Virus record (IMG/VR): IMGVR_UViG_3300025736_000012
Direction: 5' to 3' (one strand)
From: an uncultured virus (IMG/VR IMGVR_UViG_3300025736_000012)
Lineage: Duplodnaviria > Heunggongvirae > Uroviricota > Caudoviricetes
Length of the DNA: 64,000 nucleotides
Shown here: in pieces, positions 10,842-21,786 of the stretch
How positions within the stretch are numbered: the stretch's first letter is position 1
Layout: the number at the start of each line of letters is the position of its first letter
The notes under the pieces: generated by a model
Told to the model about the DNA's origin: nothing
Databases searched by the model: none
Seen by the model: only the letters and a program-made list of their open reading frames with translations
Position numbers and translations under genes: made by a program

Positions 10842-11298
10842 GCACCACCGGGTAGCTCCTCTTGCGCCAGTTTTTTTAATTCTTGGATTGCGGGCCAGAA
10901 GGATTGTTCGTGGAGCATTTGAGTCGAACTTCCGTAAAGTGTGTGGAATATCTGCCCCATCCTCACCTCGAAAAATGTATAGGATATGCTGATTAGGTCA
11001 TTGCTGGATGTCTCTATTTCTGTAGTCTTGTTGTCAATCATCGTTGTCCTCCTCCTCCTCATAAAACATCGGTGCGCTGTCTGGCAATTCGTCGTTGCTC
11101 CATACAATATATGAAGTTTCACCCTCTGCGTATTTGTCCATTTCGGACATTCGTACAGCCCGCAATTCTATGAACTCAAAATTATATTCACGAGGCCCCC
11201 ATCGATCTGCGTGAATCTTTGCCTTTCCTCTCGTTGGGGCAAAGACGAGTAGGCAAAAGTCATCACCGGGGAGGTTTACTCGGTATGCTTTCAGGGTG

Positions 11299-11607
11299 TC
11301 AAGCACTTTCCATCCTCTCCCGGTACGCCACCGTGGACGCACACGATTTACACCTCAATCCAAAACCCTTGATCGGTGTGCCGCAACTAACACACGTCGT
11401 GCTCACCGGCGGTTTCACCACATCCTTGTACCGATGCACGGCGGCGCAAGCTCGGCAGCGGGTTGCTCCCCGACTGATGGGCTTTGGACAGTCCAGGCAA
11501 GTTCGGGTTGCGGGCCGTCCGTTGTCGGGGATCTCGCACATCACGCGGCCTTTTGTTATGACGATTTGTTGGCATAACTTGAGATGTTCGCAGGTTTTAC
11601 ACGGCAT
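11299..11607 (-). CDS. Multi-Zn-finger protein
   Basis: Repeated CxxC..PI....RCxxC units. Confidence 0.6.
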   Translation of the reverse strand: MPCKTCEHLKLCQQIVITKGRVMCEIPDNGRPATRTCLDCPKPISRGATRCRACAAVHRYKDVVKPPVSTTCVSCGTPIKGFGLRCKSCASTVAYRERMESA

Positions 11608-12080
11608 CAGGTAACTCCATTTCCTGGTACTCGATAGAAACCAAGAAAGCAGTATTGCAGTGATCACAGGCCGGGCAATAGAATTTCATCACTTTGCCTC
11701 CAGACTATAATAGCAGTTATCGGCATAGCCGTCACAATCGTCACACGGCGGGCCGTAGGAATCACCGCGGCAGTCTTTGCAGAGATAGTGACCACAGGCA
11801 ACCTTGATGATTTCGCCTTCTGACTCAGTCTCTTCAAGCATACAATCGTAGCACTCGTGTTTCTCTTCTACTGTCACATCTTGCAACTCCAACCAGCGCC
11901 GGGCGGTTTCTTGGTGTAACACCCGTATGGTATCAAGCAGGCTCCAAAACTGATGTTCCTGTTGATGATTGAGTGTGAACTCTGTAAAAATCCCGTCTTT
12001 TATTATACCTGTCCTTTTCCAAGTATCTGCTTCCTTGAGTGCCTTGCATAGATACTCATCAGGCGCGTTTGTTAGATCGT

Positions 12081-12455
12081 TCATTTCCCCCTCACCTCCG
12101 GCGCGTCCGGTAGCAGTGCCCAGGCGTAGACAGTGCGATGCAAGACAATGCTGGGGGTACTACCGAGGTAACACCAGCCGTCATCAGGATAATAACAGGC
12201 TCGCTCTACAATGATACTTCCAATCTCATTCACCCACGCCGCCAGCACGTCAACGCCAGGCTCAGGTAGGCCGTCCTCGATGTAGGTGAACAGCCTGCAC
12301 AGGCAATCCTCGAAGGTGCATCTTGTCTTCTTCCTTCTCGTTGCTATTCTACACCGGGGTTCATCTTGCACATCCAGGTAACGGTGTGGGCAAGTGGTGT
12401 TGGGTGGTGTGTGCATAGTCTGCCAGGTTTTCTTGGTCATTGCGTTTCCCTCCAT
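12081..12455 (-). CDS. DUF551-like phage protein
   Basis: IEDGLPEPGVDVL...VYAWALLPDAP. Confidence 0.55.
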   Translation of the reverse strand: MEGNAMTKKTWQTMHTPPNTTCPHRYLDVQDEPRCRIATRRKKTRCTFEDCLCRLFTYIEDGLPEPGVDVLAAWVNEIGSIIVERACYYPDDGWCYLGSTPSIVLHRTVYAWALLPDAPEVRGK

Positions 12456-13101
12456 AATTGCATCAGTCCCACCGATTCAAATTCGTCATCAGTAATAAGA
12501 AAATCCCAGTCTACTGGTACACCAGTTTGGGATGTGTCTATCATTTTATTGAACCCACGGAGTATTTTCATTTCGCGTTTTAGCCGTGTATATTCATCAC
12601 TTCTTCTTCCATAGTGTGACGCCACGGCTCCAACAGCGGCTTGGAATTGCTCGTTTTTGTCTGCGCACATCCAATGATTACGGGTAGCCAGCATAGCCGC
12701 ATTGAGATTTTCCTCGAAGGTGGCGTCCTCATTCGTGAGTTTATCTTCTGCTTCGATCATTGCAATGAGCATAGCGTTTGATATTCGGTCAGTCATTTTT
12801 CTTCTCCTTTACACAAACGGTTTCCCGTCTGCCATCAGATACTCATCCGCGCATCCCTCTGAGCAGGTGAACATATTCTCACCCGTCACCCATTCCCCCT
12901 GCCCGCAGACCGTGCACTGAGCGAACCGGGGCCGGTTGCGCCAAGAGGTGCGTAGCCAGAGGCGGAGGCAGTAGAAAAAATCGTTGAGATTATCCGGGTA
13001 GTCTGGAACGGCGCGGAAAAAAAAGTCACTTGCAAATGGTTTTCTTGGTGGAAGTATCATATTTTTTATCCCTTTCCGCGCTCAGTCGCCAGCGGGTGAG
13101 C

Positions 13102-13146
13102 AAAAAAGTTTCCCTATCCCGCAAGCCTCCACGCTGCGGGATAGGG
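13102..13146 (-). terminator. Intrinsic terminator
   Basis: 12-bp stem ccctatcccgca/tgcgggataggg followed by a T-run on the minus strand. Confidence 0.6.
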
Positions 13147-13157
13147 TGAGAATTGTG

Positions 13158-13526
13158 CTACAGTTCTTTGATCAATTCTTGGATCTCCTCGATGGGCAGG
13201 GCGCGCAAGGACTCGTCCTGCTTTTCTGCAACGAAGGCCAGGAGTTTCTGCTTTTTGGCAGCCTTTAGAATTTCATCTTCCCTCGCCTTTGTCTCTGCCA
13301 GTTTGGTGACTACGACGTGCTTGACGATGCTGATTTGTAGAGCAAGAGCTTCATTCTCTTGGCTCTTCTCGCCAAGTAGGCTTTCCTCTGACTGGAGCTT
13401 GGCGTGCTGGTTTAGACTTTTGAAGATAGCGTCCAGCACCTCGACGGGCAAATCCCACAAATCCTCAACAGTGCACAGTCCGCGAAACGAAAACCGCAAC
13501 TTCATACGTGATGCTTTTTGAAACAT
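13158..13526 (-). CDS. Conserved phage coiled-coil protein (partner of the upstream large gene)
   Basis: MFQKASRMKLRF..RG..TVEDLWDL motif; good RBS. Confidence 0.7.
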   Translation of the reverse strand: MFQKASRMKLRFSFRGLCTVEDLWDLPVEVLDAIFKSLNQHAKLQSEESLLGEKSQENEALALQISIVKHVVVTKLAETKAREDEILKAAKKQKLLAFVAEKQDESLRALPIEEIQELIKEL

Positions 13527-13540
13527 TTTCAACTCCTTTT

Positions 13541-15571
13541 CTAAAAGACTATCTTGACGACTCGATTGTCGTCAACTTTACAGACGAGCGACACTCGCCG
13601 TGTTGAGCTAAATCCGAGGCCAGATAACTGATTTTCCGACCGGGCAATCTTCATCTTGCTACCCAGTGCCTCAAAGACGCGCTTGTGCTCCATAAACTCT
13701 TGGCGCAGATACTCGTTGAAAAATCCATTGGGTTGTTCATCATTTGTACAGCCAGCAAGCATAAAGAAAAAGTGCTTGTGGCCGATTCCATTTTGCTCGT
13801 CCCAGTAGTTGGGGGAAAACGTTAGAACTGATACGGGATGAAACTGGTTGGTTTTTATTCCCCATACCGTCTTGGCGCTCATCGTTGATGGTAGGGATTC
13901 AACGATTTTGAAACCGTTCTCGTCAAGTTTCACTTTTGCGATCATCACATCTTCTTTCTGCCTGAGTTCTTTGTGGTATTCATACTCAAAGATTTGTCCA
14001 TCATACTCGACCTCTGCGCTGAATCCAGAGCGGCCACCGCGATGTGCATAATTGCGCACAAAAAGTTTATACACTCCTACGGGCATTCTGTTGATATTGG
14101 CCCAGGTGATGTTCTCAACAGCAATCTGATGCCGCTCAGGGTATTGGATGTCAACGTCGAGCATACCCGAAGACAGGTGGCGACGCCGTTGATTAGGATA
14201 GTAGATGTGATTGCCGCCTGGCTCAACGCAGTGCACATCAAGATCGTTCCGATCATCGTGATTCTCATTCCACTGCAACGAGAACCGTAACACACCGCTA
14301 ACGTCACCACCAGCAGCTTTTACTCGTTGCTTCATACTGTCGGTGATGTTTCCATTGTACGCCCAGCTAAACCCGTTGTCCCACTTGAACAAGGTGGGGC
14401 TTTCTTTCACCTCTGGCGCAATAAGGGAAACCAGATTGGGCGCGTGCTGGTTAAGCAGTAACACGCTCAAACTTGTAGCATTGGGCAGTATATCAGTGAT
14501 GAATTGGTCTATACCTACGCCGGGTACTCTCTCGAATTGTTTGGGATTCACAGACGCTTCTTGCTTCAGCGCCTCAAACACGCCCACACCACCGTTCATT
14601 TGTTTGGCAGCATCTCGGTCTGCAAAGATGACGTTGTTGATTGTGATGTCCCCTAGTGTAGCGTGGCGACGACCAAGTGAGTCAAGAAGTCCTAGCTCCT
14701 CAATTGTCTGCTGCGCTTGCTCAACCATTCGGTTGGTAAAAATGGGCTTTGGCCGCTTGTAATTCTGAGGTGCAACGATGGCCTCATATTTGCGTACAGC
14801 GGTTTCCACATCCACACCCTCGGTTACGTCTTTCAATAGTGTGCCGATAGAATGATTGCGGATACGGCTGACAGCGCCGCTGACTTGAGTGCTCCAACAA
14901 TAGTTGTCTTTTTCATCGTCGGGTAGGGCGCGGTACTCGGCCTGTAATTCTGAGAATCGTGCCAGTACGCCCGCCCACTCGTCACCTTTGTACAAAGTCT
15001 TTTCAGCAATGAGGTCAACCACTGTTCCCAACGCATCGGGTGAGATTTCCTCAAGGCTTCGCTGAAAGACGTTGCGGGCGTCCCGGAGTTCCCCCATCAG
15101 TGCCGCTACCGACTTGGACGACTTGGTAACGAATGTGCTTGGAAGATCAACTCTGAAGTGATGCCAGGTGTGAACGGTTCCATCGTCACGTTGCTCGTGG
15201 TTAAAGTCTGTACCAAACGCTCCTTCTTTCGTGACAAAGCAATAGTTGACTGGAGCCGTCTTGACGAAAGCGGATAGCGCGTTGATGACAGGCTGAAACG
15301 TCTCGTCGCCTGTCTCAAAGTCCCAAATGCTGACCACTTTGTTGTCTCTGATTGCAACGACGTTACCGAATGCTCGTATGAATGACCGGCAACAACTACA
15401 ATCGTAAAAACGGCGCTCTCGGAAAGTTTCATTTGCTCCTTGTGGAAAGCTGTTGAGATATATTTCCCACAAGGTATCCTTGTTCACGCCGGTCACGTAT
15501 AACTGGCGTGTGTCCTGTAGCATATCGGCTACGTGTTGTTGTAGTGCGTTTTTAAGCTCTGCAAACTCCAT
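13541..15571 (-). CDS. Large conserved phage protein with YfaP/DUF2135-like domain
   Basis: DCSCCRSFI; LRFSLQW...DLDVHCVEPGGNHIYY...LDVD...AVENITW; ATG at 15571 after AAGGAG. Confidence 0.65.
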   Translation of the reverse strand: MEFAELKNALQQHVADMLQDTRQLYVTGVNKDTLWEIYLNSFPQGANETFRERRFYDCSCCRSFIRAFGNVVAIRDNKVVSIWDFETGDETFQPVINALSAFVKTAPVNYCFVTKEGAFGTDFNHEQRDDGTVHTWHHFRVDLPSTFVTKSSKSVAALMGELRDARNVFQRSLEEISPDALGTVVDLIAEKTLYKGDEWAGVLARFSELQAEYRALPDDEKDNYCWSTQVSGAVSRIRNHSIGTLLKDVTEGVDVETAVRKYEAIVAPQNYKRPKPIFTNRMVEQAQQTIEELGLLDSLGRRHATLGDITINNVIFADRDAAKQMNGGVGVFEALKQEASVNPKQFERVPGVGIDQFITDILPNATSLSVLLLNQHAPNLVSLIAPEVKESPTLFKWDNGFSWAYNGNITDSMKQRVKAAGGDVSGVLRFSLQWNENHDDRNDLDVHCVEPGGNHIYYPNQRRRHLSSGMLDVDIQYPERHQIAVENITWANINRMPVGVYKLFVRNYAHRGGRSGFSAEVEYDGQIFEYEYHKELRQKEDVMIAKVKLDENGFKIVESLPSTMSAKTVWGIKTNQFHPVSVLTFSPNYWDEQNGIGHKHFFFMLAGCTNDEQPNGFFNEYLRQEFMEHKRVFEALGSKMKIARSENQLSGLGFSSTRRVSLVCKVDDNRVVKIVF

Positions 15572-15582
15572 TTCTCTCCTTT

Positions 15583-15851
15583 TACTCAGATAACAGAAAA
15601 CTCCTAGCCATTGCCAACGGTTCACCGATCAGAGAGAGCGGCTACACGGAACGGTTGTTCAGTAGAGGTGTGCGTTGTAGCATAACGTACACACCCACCG
15701 GTAAACCGTTGGCAATACTCAGGAGTTTCCTGGATTGTCATATTTTGCCTCTCTCTGAAGGCCTACGTTGTTAAACCTCTGCGGTGCTACACCGCTTACA
15801 GTAAATCTCAACCTACATCAACAGTATAACACAACACCGCCCCGCTGTCAA
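15583..15851 (-). promoter_or_regulatory. Promoter plus structured 5' leader D
   Basis: TTGACA-17-TATACT; stem gaaactcct..ttgccaacggtt / aaccgttggcaa..aggagtttt; tcagagagag complementary to ctctctctga. Confidence 0.65.
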
Positions 15852-16094
15852 GCATTTTCCAATTTCCACTTTGCAAGGTGTATGTAATACACGGCAGCAG
15901 CCTCAAGATGCGCTTCTGCCGCTACCAGGACAGAACGGGCAGAGGTCGTTGTTTTGTCCTCTAGTGCATAGTAATGCTCTGTGCATTCTTCCGACTGTAT
16001 AGCAGCGGCACGGGCGGCAGAGGTGAGTAAATTAGTGTAATCATAGTCCCCTGAGATGTGGTGTTTTTCAGCTTTGCCTTGTGGTGGCACTTGT

Positions 16095-16460
16095 TTAGTC
16101 ATTGTTCACTTCTCCTTTTGTCTCATCTCGCTCCCACGCTTTCTCCATTGGCATTAGGGTGATAGTGGCGTCGCTGTTACGCGCCTTAATTATAACAGGC
16201 GACTTTGGCGATGAGCCGATCCAGATATACAATCCGTTAGATCCTAATGCGGTAATTATTTTCTGTAAATAGTCCGCGTTCAGTATTACATCGGGAGGAC
16301 GCTGGGACATCTGTGTATCTAGGATGGCATTTGCAAGTTGCTCTTCGACTTTTTGTGCCAGTGATACCATTTTTTCATCTGGTTTGTTCATAATGTATTT
16401 TCCATCAGTTTCAAAGCGTCCTTGTTCTGTCGTTATTGTATGCATCTTGTTCAGTTTCAT
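16095..16460 (-). CDS. Protein with a beta-clamp C-terminal-like segment
   Basis: ILNADYLQKII...SPKSPVIIK...ITLMPM resembles the DnaN C-terminus. Confidence 0.45.
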   Translation of the reverse strand: MKLNKMHTITTEQGRFETDGKYIMNKPDEKMVSLAQKVEEQLANAILDTQMSQRPPDVILNADYLQKIITALGSNGLYIWIGSSPKSPVIIKARNSDATITLMPMEKAWERDETKGEVNND

Positions 16461-17174
16461 CGTTCACTTTCTCCTTTTGCCTCATCTTGCCTCACCGCTG
16501 CCCGCTCGCCGCTAGGCTGTATCTGTTCAGACAACCGTGCCAGGTGTAACAGCCGCTCAACTGTGAAGGTCATCGCCTCCAGGTTGTTATACAACTGTTC
16601 AATCGCGATCAAGTCGGGTAGTGCTATGAACAGCCGCTGGAGAATCAAATCAAGCAGGTCATCGTCGTCGGACGTGATGGCGTAAAGTACCTCGATAGCA
16701 AAACAAGCCGTGGCGGTTTCCAGCCTGTCAAATGACAATGCTTGCAACGCTTCCATTGCACCAGGGGTTAGATGGATCAATTTTGATCCGGCGGCCTTGT
16801 CACCGTAGGTTCTACGCGGGAGGGTAAGTTTTGTCATAGTATTTCTCGTAGGGGAATACCTTTCTCTTTCTCGTACCAGATAGGAGCGTTGTTAATCAAA
16901 CAAGGGCACGCTTTTCCTTCCAATCTCGGCTGAACTATTTTATTTTCCGCAATGAGCTTGCGAGCGATTGACTCAGCTTCGCCCGGAAAATTGTGCCAGT
17001 ATGCTTCCTTGTATTCTCCTATCGTGCATTCCCACGACTTTGCATCTGGGACATTTGTACTAGAGATAATTTTTTCAACTTGATCATATTGGATGTTACC
17101 ACGAGCAATATCTGATACACAAAAAGAAAGTGAAGCGCCAATCATTTTCAGACCTCCTTTTAATCTATATACAT

Positions 17175-17203
17175 ATTATATACTATCTTGGTGGGGTTGT
17201 CAA
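17175..17203 (-). promoter_or_regulatory. Sigma70-type promoter
   Basis: TTGACA-17-TATAAT. Confidence 0.8.
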
Positions 17204-17241
17204 GCACAAAACTGCCTTTTTCATCAAAAATACCACCCCAC

Positions 17242-17404
17242 AGGAAGCCCCTAGACGTGTTATGAGAGCAATATGTGTATATAGTATGGCGTTTTTAGGG
17301 GGTATAAAAACTACCCTCAGGGGTGGGAGAAAACAGCGAATTCAAGAGGTTCTGCCCATATATAGGGGTACGAAAAAATGTTACAGAATTTTTTGCAAAT
17401 ATTT
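17242..17404. repeat. Dispersed non-coding repeat, copy 1 (copy 2 at 55496-55658)
   Basis: 75 bp identical, 41 bp diverged, 47 bp identical; same orientation; offset 38254. Confidence 0.95.
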
Positions 17405-20400
17405 TACCCCCTCAAAATGGTAGAATTTGGGATATATCTGACATTCACTCCTCAAAAAGTACCGGCTGGACAACAGTTTCCGCTTCCGGCGGCTTACCCA
17501 CAACAGCAAGCCGTCCCGGTTCACCGGTATATCCACGAATGACACGTCCACATTCAAGGCACTGCCACAGCAGCGTGGTGAGCCAGCGCAGGATAGCCTC
17601 TTGTTTGCAGCTTGGACAAGTGGCCTTCATATCCCCAGCGCCTTCAGCGCCACGTCTGGGTCCACAATATTTTCAAGTAACTCACGTCCCCATCCAGAGT
17701 GAAAAAACTTTTCTGCTTCTGATACTCGCTCTCGTTCAAGATCGGTGAGGAGTTCGGGTGGTTTCTCACGGACAACGTTCAGGTGCTTCACCGGTTCGCC
17801 CAGAAGGGAACCATAGATGAAGGCGAGGAATGCGTCGTTGTTATACTGTGGTATCATCGGTTTCCTCCATAAATCTAATCCAGTGCCGCACAACCCTTTC
17901 TACTCTGCTTTTCGCCTCATCCATAGTCGAAAAGTTTCCTTGCCGCTTGTTCAACCCAGGCAAGAAACAAGCTGCTTGATAACGCAAAGGATCACCTTTT
18001 GACACAGTGCCGTCGTTTGTCACCATACCGACTTTCCACTTCCCTAGATATAGGGCGTGTCCGTCGGTATACTTCTTGGTTATGCGTTGCCATTTCATTT
18101 GTTGTTTTCCTCCTTATCCACCGTCACCTTGAAAACAAATCCATCCCGCCGCAGGGTCAGGTTATATGGCTCTGCTTCCACCGTGTAGGGCGGGTGGTGG
18201 GATTGAGATTCTAGCCATCCTCTTCCTCCTTTTCCTCTAGCATCCCATCTAAATAACAAGCCTGCTCGAGAAACCCATCAGGCCACCTCTTGAGCCTTCC
18301 TCGTTTGTTCATAGTTAGTATTTTTTCATCGAAAAGAAAACAGAATGCCTCTTTGTCTATTTCATCTTTGTGTACAGCGAGCCGTATTCTGTTAAATATA
18401 TTGGCCGTACTGTACGAGAAATTTTCCTGTCGGCTCGAAAGAATCTTTTCAAGTTCTTGGTCAACGAGCCAATCGTTGACCGGTTCGCCTGCGATGCAGT
18501 ATTCCAATATCTTCATCGTGTTTCCTCCTTTTCCTCTAGTCCCAGCCACCGCACCCCGCCGCCGTCCCGTTGCCAGCCTCAAGGCGTCAGCGCTGTGAGG
18601 GTGCGGGGTAATGAGAATTGAGAAAGGTTTACTAAATACCACCTAAAGCTTTCTCGACTTTACAGGTATGCTCTAAGGCCCGACTATGCCACCGGCTCTC
18701 GCCTCTGTCCGCCAATAGCCCGTTTCCGGGGTTCAGCGTCAACTCAGCGAGAGCCTCGGCTGGCTCTACCCGCTGCGGGTGGGCGGGGTTGGGTGGTTTT
18801 ATTGCCTGAACTTTGCCAAAGCCGCTCGAATCACTTCGGATTCTGGCGGTTCACAGTATGTGAACCACACCGGCGGATCGATCTTACTCACCTCTATGCT
18901 CCAGGTACAGGCGTGACAACCATCATAGGAATGCCCCACCGTTTCACCGTTGAGCGCCTTCGCTTTTTCCTGAGCTTGCTCAAATGTCAATCCCTCAAAA
19001 TCCACCACAACCGAATTGCCTGCCAAGTTATCGTGTTCACCTTCGTCTCTGAGCACGAGGATTGTTTCAACGACCATTTCGTATAAAGCTTTCCTCGTTC
19101 CATAACCGCTACCTGCTGATACTTGCACAAACATCAAAATCTCCTTGCCGGGTACAAGGCCCCTCGGCTGGCGCTTGGTGTTCTATGGTTCCGCAAATAA
19201 TGAGGTGATTCTATATCTGTATACTTCACCTTCTCTTTTATCTTGTTTTTTAGCTTTGCCAATCGCCTTTTCTGCTTTCTTTTCAGTATCAAAGAGACGG
19301 TTATTGAAAATGCAGTCATATTCAAAATCTTCTTTCACGACAATAATGATATACCCCGCGACTGTTCTGAACATCATCGTTCCTCTCCTTTCCCACCCGG
19401 CAACCCCTCGGCTACCGGGTGGGGATAGCTAGTTCGTCTATTTGTAGTACCTGCGGCCCATCGGGTGGTTTTCTATCATCCAACGAGCTTCCTCAACGCT
19501 GCTCATCTCACTGGACAGGTAAGGACTAAGATAACACCCGTGTGGGTGCACATGTACTATCTTTTTGTCCAACAACACAACGTACACGGTTTGCCAGTCT
19601 CCCAGATAACCATCTGGGACTTTGTAAGCTCCGATATACTTTGACATTTTGTATTCCCTTTCCTCTCTTGGGTCGCTCTCAAATTGCAACCCCTCGATTA
19701 TGTTCGACCAGTAGTCAAGCAGAATCGAGAGCTTGCAATCTCTCGGCGCTTTTAACGCGCAGCGCAGCGGGTCACTATCGTATGTACCTCACGCCCTCAA
19801 TCGCCGATCTCACACTATCCCAGGCCCCAGGCGTTCCCCTACCGTAGCGGGTTCAAGGCGTGGGGCATTTCGTTCTCTTGTCTCGCGGTCGTTTTGAGCG
19901 GGTGGGGGAAAGATACAATCTCTCCCCCTGAGTGCTCTTATTTAGTTGTAAAAGCTGGCTAGCCAGTCGGCGATCTCTTGTTCGCTGGCAGTGTCAATCC
20001 AGTCCTGATGTTCCGCGCCCTCATTCCAGTCGGCACAGATATTGTTCTCGACTAGTTCGGGTGTCTCTGTCACTCCATTGTCGGCATTGAAAATCTCGGT
20101 AACTGCCTGTAATTTCTCGCTACTGATGCTGTATTCCATTTTGCTCTCCTTTTGTGGTTTTAATTTTTGCACTTCGGCTTTAGTTTTTTGTGGGCAACCG
20201 ATCTAGCCTCTCGTTACAACCAACCAGCATCTCGGCACTTTCGGCATAATTCATTGGGAAACTCATCAGTGTGCCAGCCCTCAATTTCGTGTTTTTCCTC
20301 AGCACGGTCACGTTTCCCCCGCAAACTCGCTGCAATTCTGTCCAGCTTTTCTCGATCCCAGCCTTTTGGATTGTCACCTGCTACCTCGACGGTTGCCTGT

Positions 20401-20714
20401 ATTCGCATCTGCGCATTTTCGCTATAATCAAACTCGCTCATTAGTTGTGCTGCCAATTCTCGGAACGTCATTTTGTTCCCTCCTTTTCTATTAGTTGATT
20501 ATCCACACTTTGATTTTATGGGGGGATAATCCCCCTCCCTGGCCTGCTTCTCGGCCTCTTCGTTCGGTTCATTTTATTATCTGGTTTCCCCCTTCCGGCC
20601 TCCGCTTTTTTTCTGGTCTGGGTCAGTTACGTTTGTGTATTTTACTTCAGGTTTTGGGGGGTTCTAGTGTTTTCGGTTGTTAAGTTCTAGTGCTTCTCTC
20701 TCTCAGGTAAGTAT

Positions 20715-20877
20715 ATTATAACAGATTTCTTGACGTTGTCAAGTGTTTTTAGGATATTGGTCAGATTGGTCGGTTTTTGGTATCATAGGTGGTATCATTT
20801 TCTATTTTTTTGAGTGGTGTAAAACCGTCGAGATTGCTTGAGAATTGCTTGACAACAGAAAGTGTTTGTGTTATACT
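20715..20877. promoter_or_regulatory. Divergent promoter pair at the main strand switch
   Basis: Leftward TTGACA-16-TATAAT with TG extension (20742-20715); rightward TTGACA-17-TATACT (20849-20877); inverted repeat cttgac-gtt-gtcaag over the left -35. Confidence 0.8.
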
Positions 20878-20883
20878 GATGCT

Positions 20884-21171
20884 ATGGATAAATCACTCGT
20901 AATCGTATATGCTCGAATACCGCCTGACCTCAAAAAGAGACTCCTTGCACTTGGTAAACGTCACGGCCACGTCCAAACTAAAGACGGCAAGGCAGTTTTG
21001 TCGTCTGTTATTCGATGGGGTCTCATTGAATGGATTGAGACAAAAGAAACGGAAAACGGGCAACCTTCTGAGCTTGCTCAACTCCGCGCCCAAGTCGCCC
21101 AACTCGAAGCCGACCTCGCCGCCGCCCGTCACCGCGCTGTGAGCCTGACAGAGGGGAGACCGGCGGGATGA
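20884..21171 (+). CDS. Ribbon-helix-helix-like regulator with coiled-coil tail (probably leaderless)
   Basis: VIVYARIPPDLKKRL...LSSVIRWGL; ATG 7 nt after the -10 box. Confidence 0.6.
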   Translation: MDKSLVIVYARIPPDLKKRLLALGKRHGHVQTKDGKAVLSSVIRWGLIEWIETKETENGQPSELAQLRAQVAQLEADLAAARHRAVSLTEGRPAG

Positions 21172-21699
21172 ACCAGTGGCTCACACGATGGCAGCAGGTA
21201 GCGACAACCATAAAACCAGCAACTCGTTATGGAATCGAGGGAGGTACTTGGGTGAAACGCAGATTTTTGTTCTGGTTCGTCGCCTGGGCTACCTTGCTAC
21301 AAGGTATTATCGGTGTCCTATCACTCGGTTTCTGGCTACCGGGATGGGACTTGGCAGCGATTGACTACCTGGTGAGGATGAGGGTACGCAAGATGGTCGA
21401 GGTGAGAGAGGATGACGAGGGCGTAGAGATCGTGGTTACTGGATAAGCGCCGCCTATTTGAAAAAGGAGAAACGATGGCAAAGAGAGAGAAAGCAATTCA
21501 TATTGACGTAGAATCTGGAACCCGATTGGGTATTTACACCGATTTGTCAAAAGCGCAGTTAGAGAAAATAGAGGGCGTGAGCCTCGTTTTTGATACATCG
21601 CTCCCAATGACCGTGTATATTGACAAACGTTACGACCAAGATGAAATTATCGCCGAGATCACAGCACTGGCAGAAGCAAAGGCGACCAACGAGGTATAA

Positions 21700-21786
21700 A
21701 TGCAACCCGCCAGGCCCATCCCACCCGGTCGTATCCTGCGCGAGGCTGGCACAAGAAAAGGAAAGAATGAACACACTCAAACTTAA
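21700..21786 (+). pseudogene. N-terminal remnant of a HigA-type antitoxin
   Basis: Manual translation MQPARPIPPGRILREAGTRKGKNEHTQT*; upstream GAGGT. Confidence 0.45.

Noticed and set aside
19690..19940. Possible tRNA
   Set aside because: No cloverleaf or T-loop GTTCRA consensus found by eye
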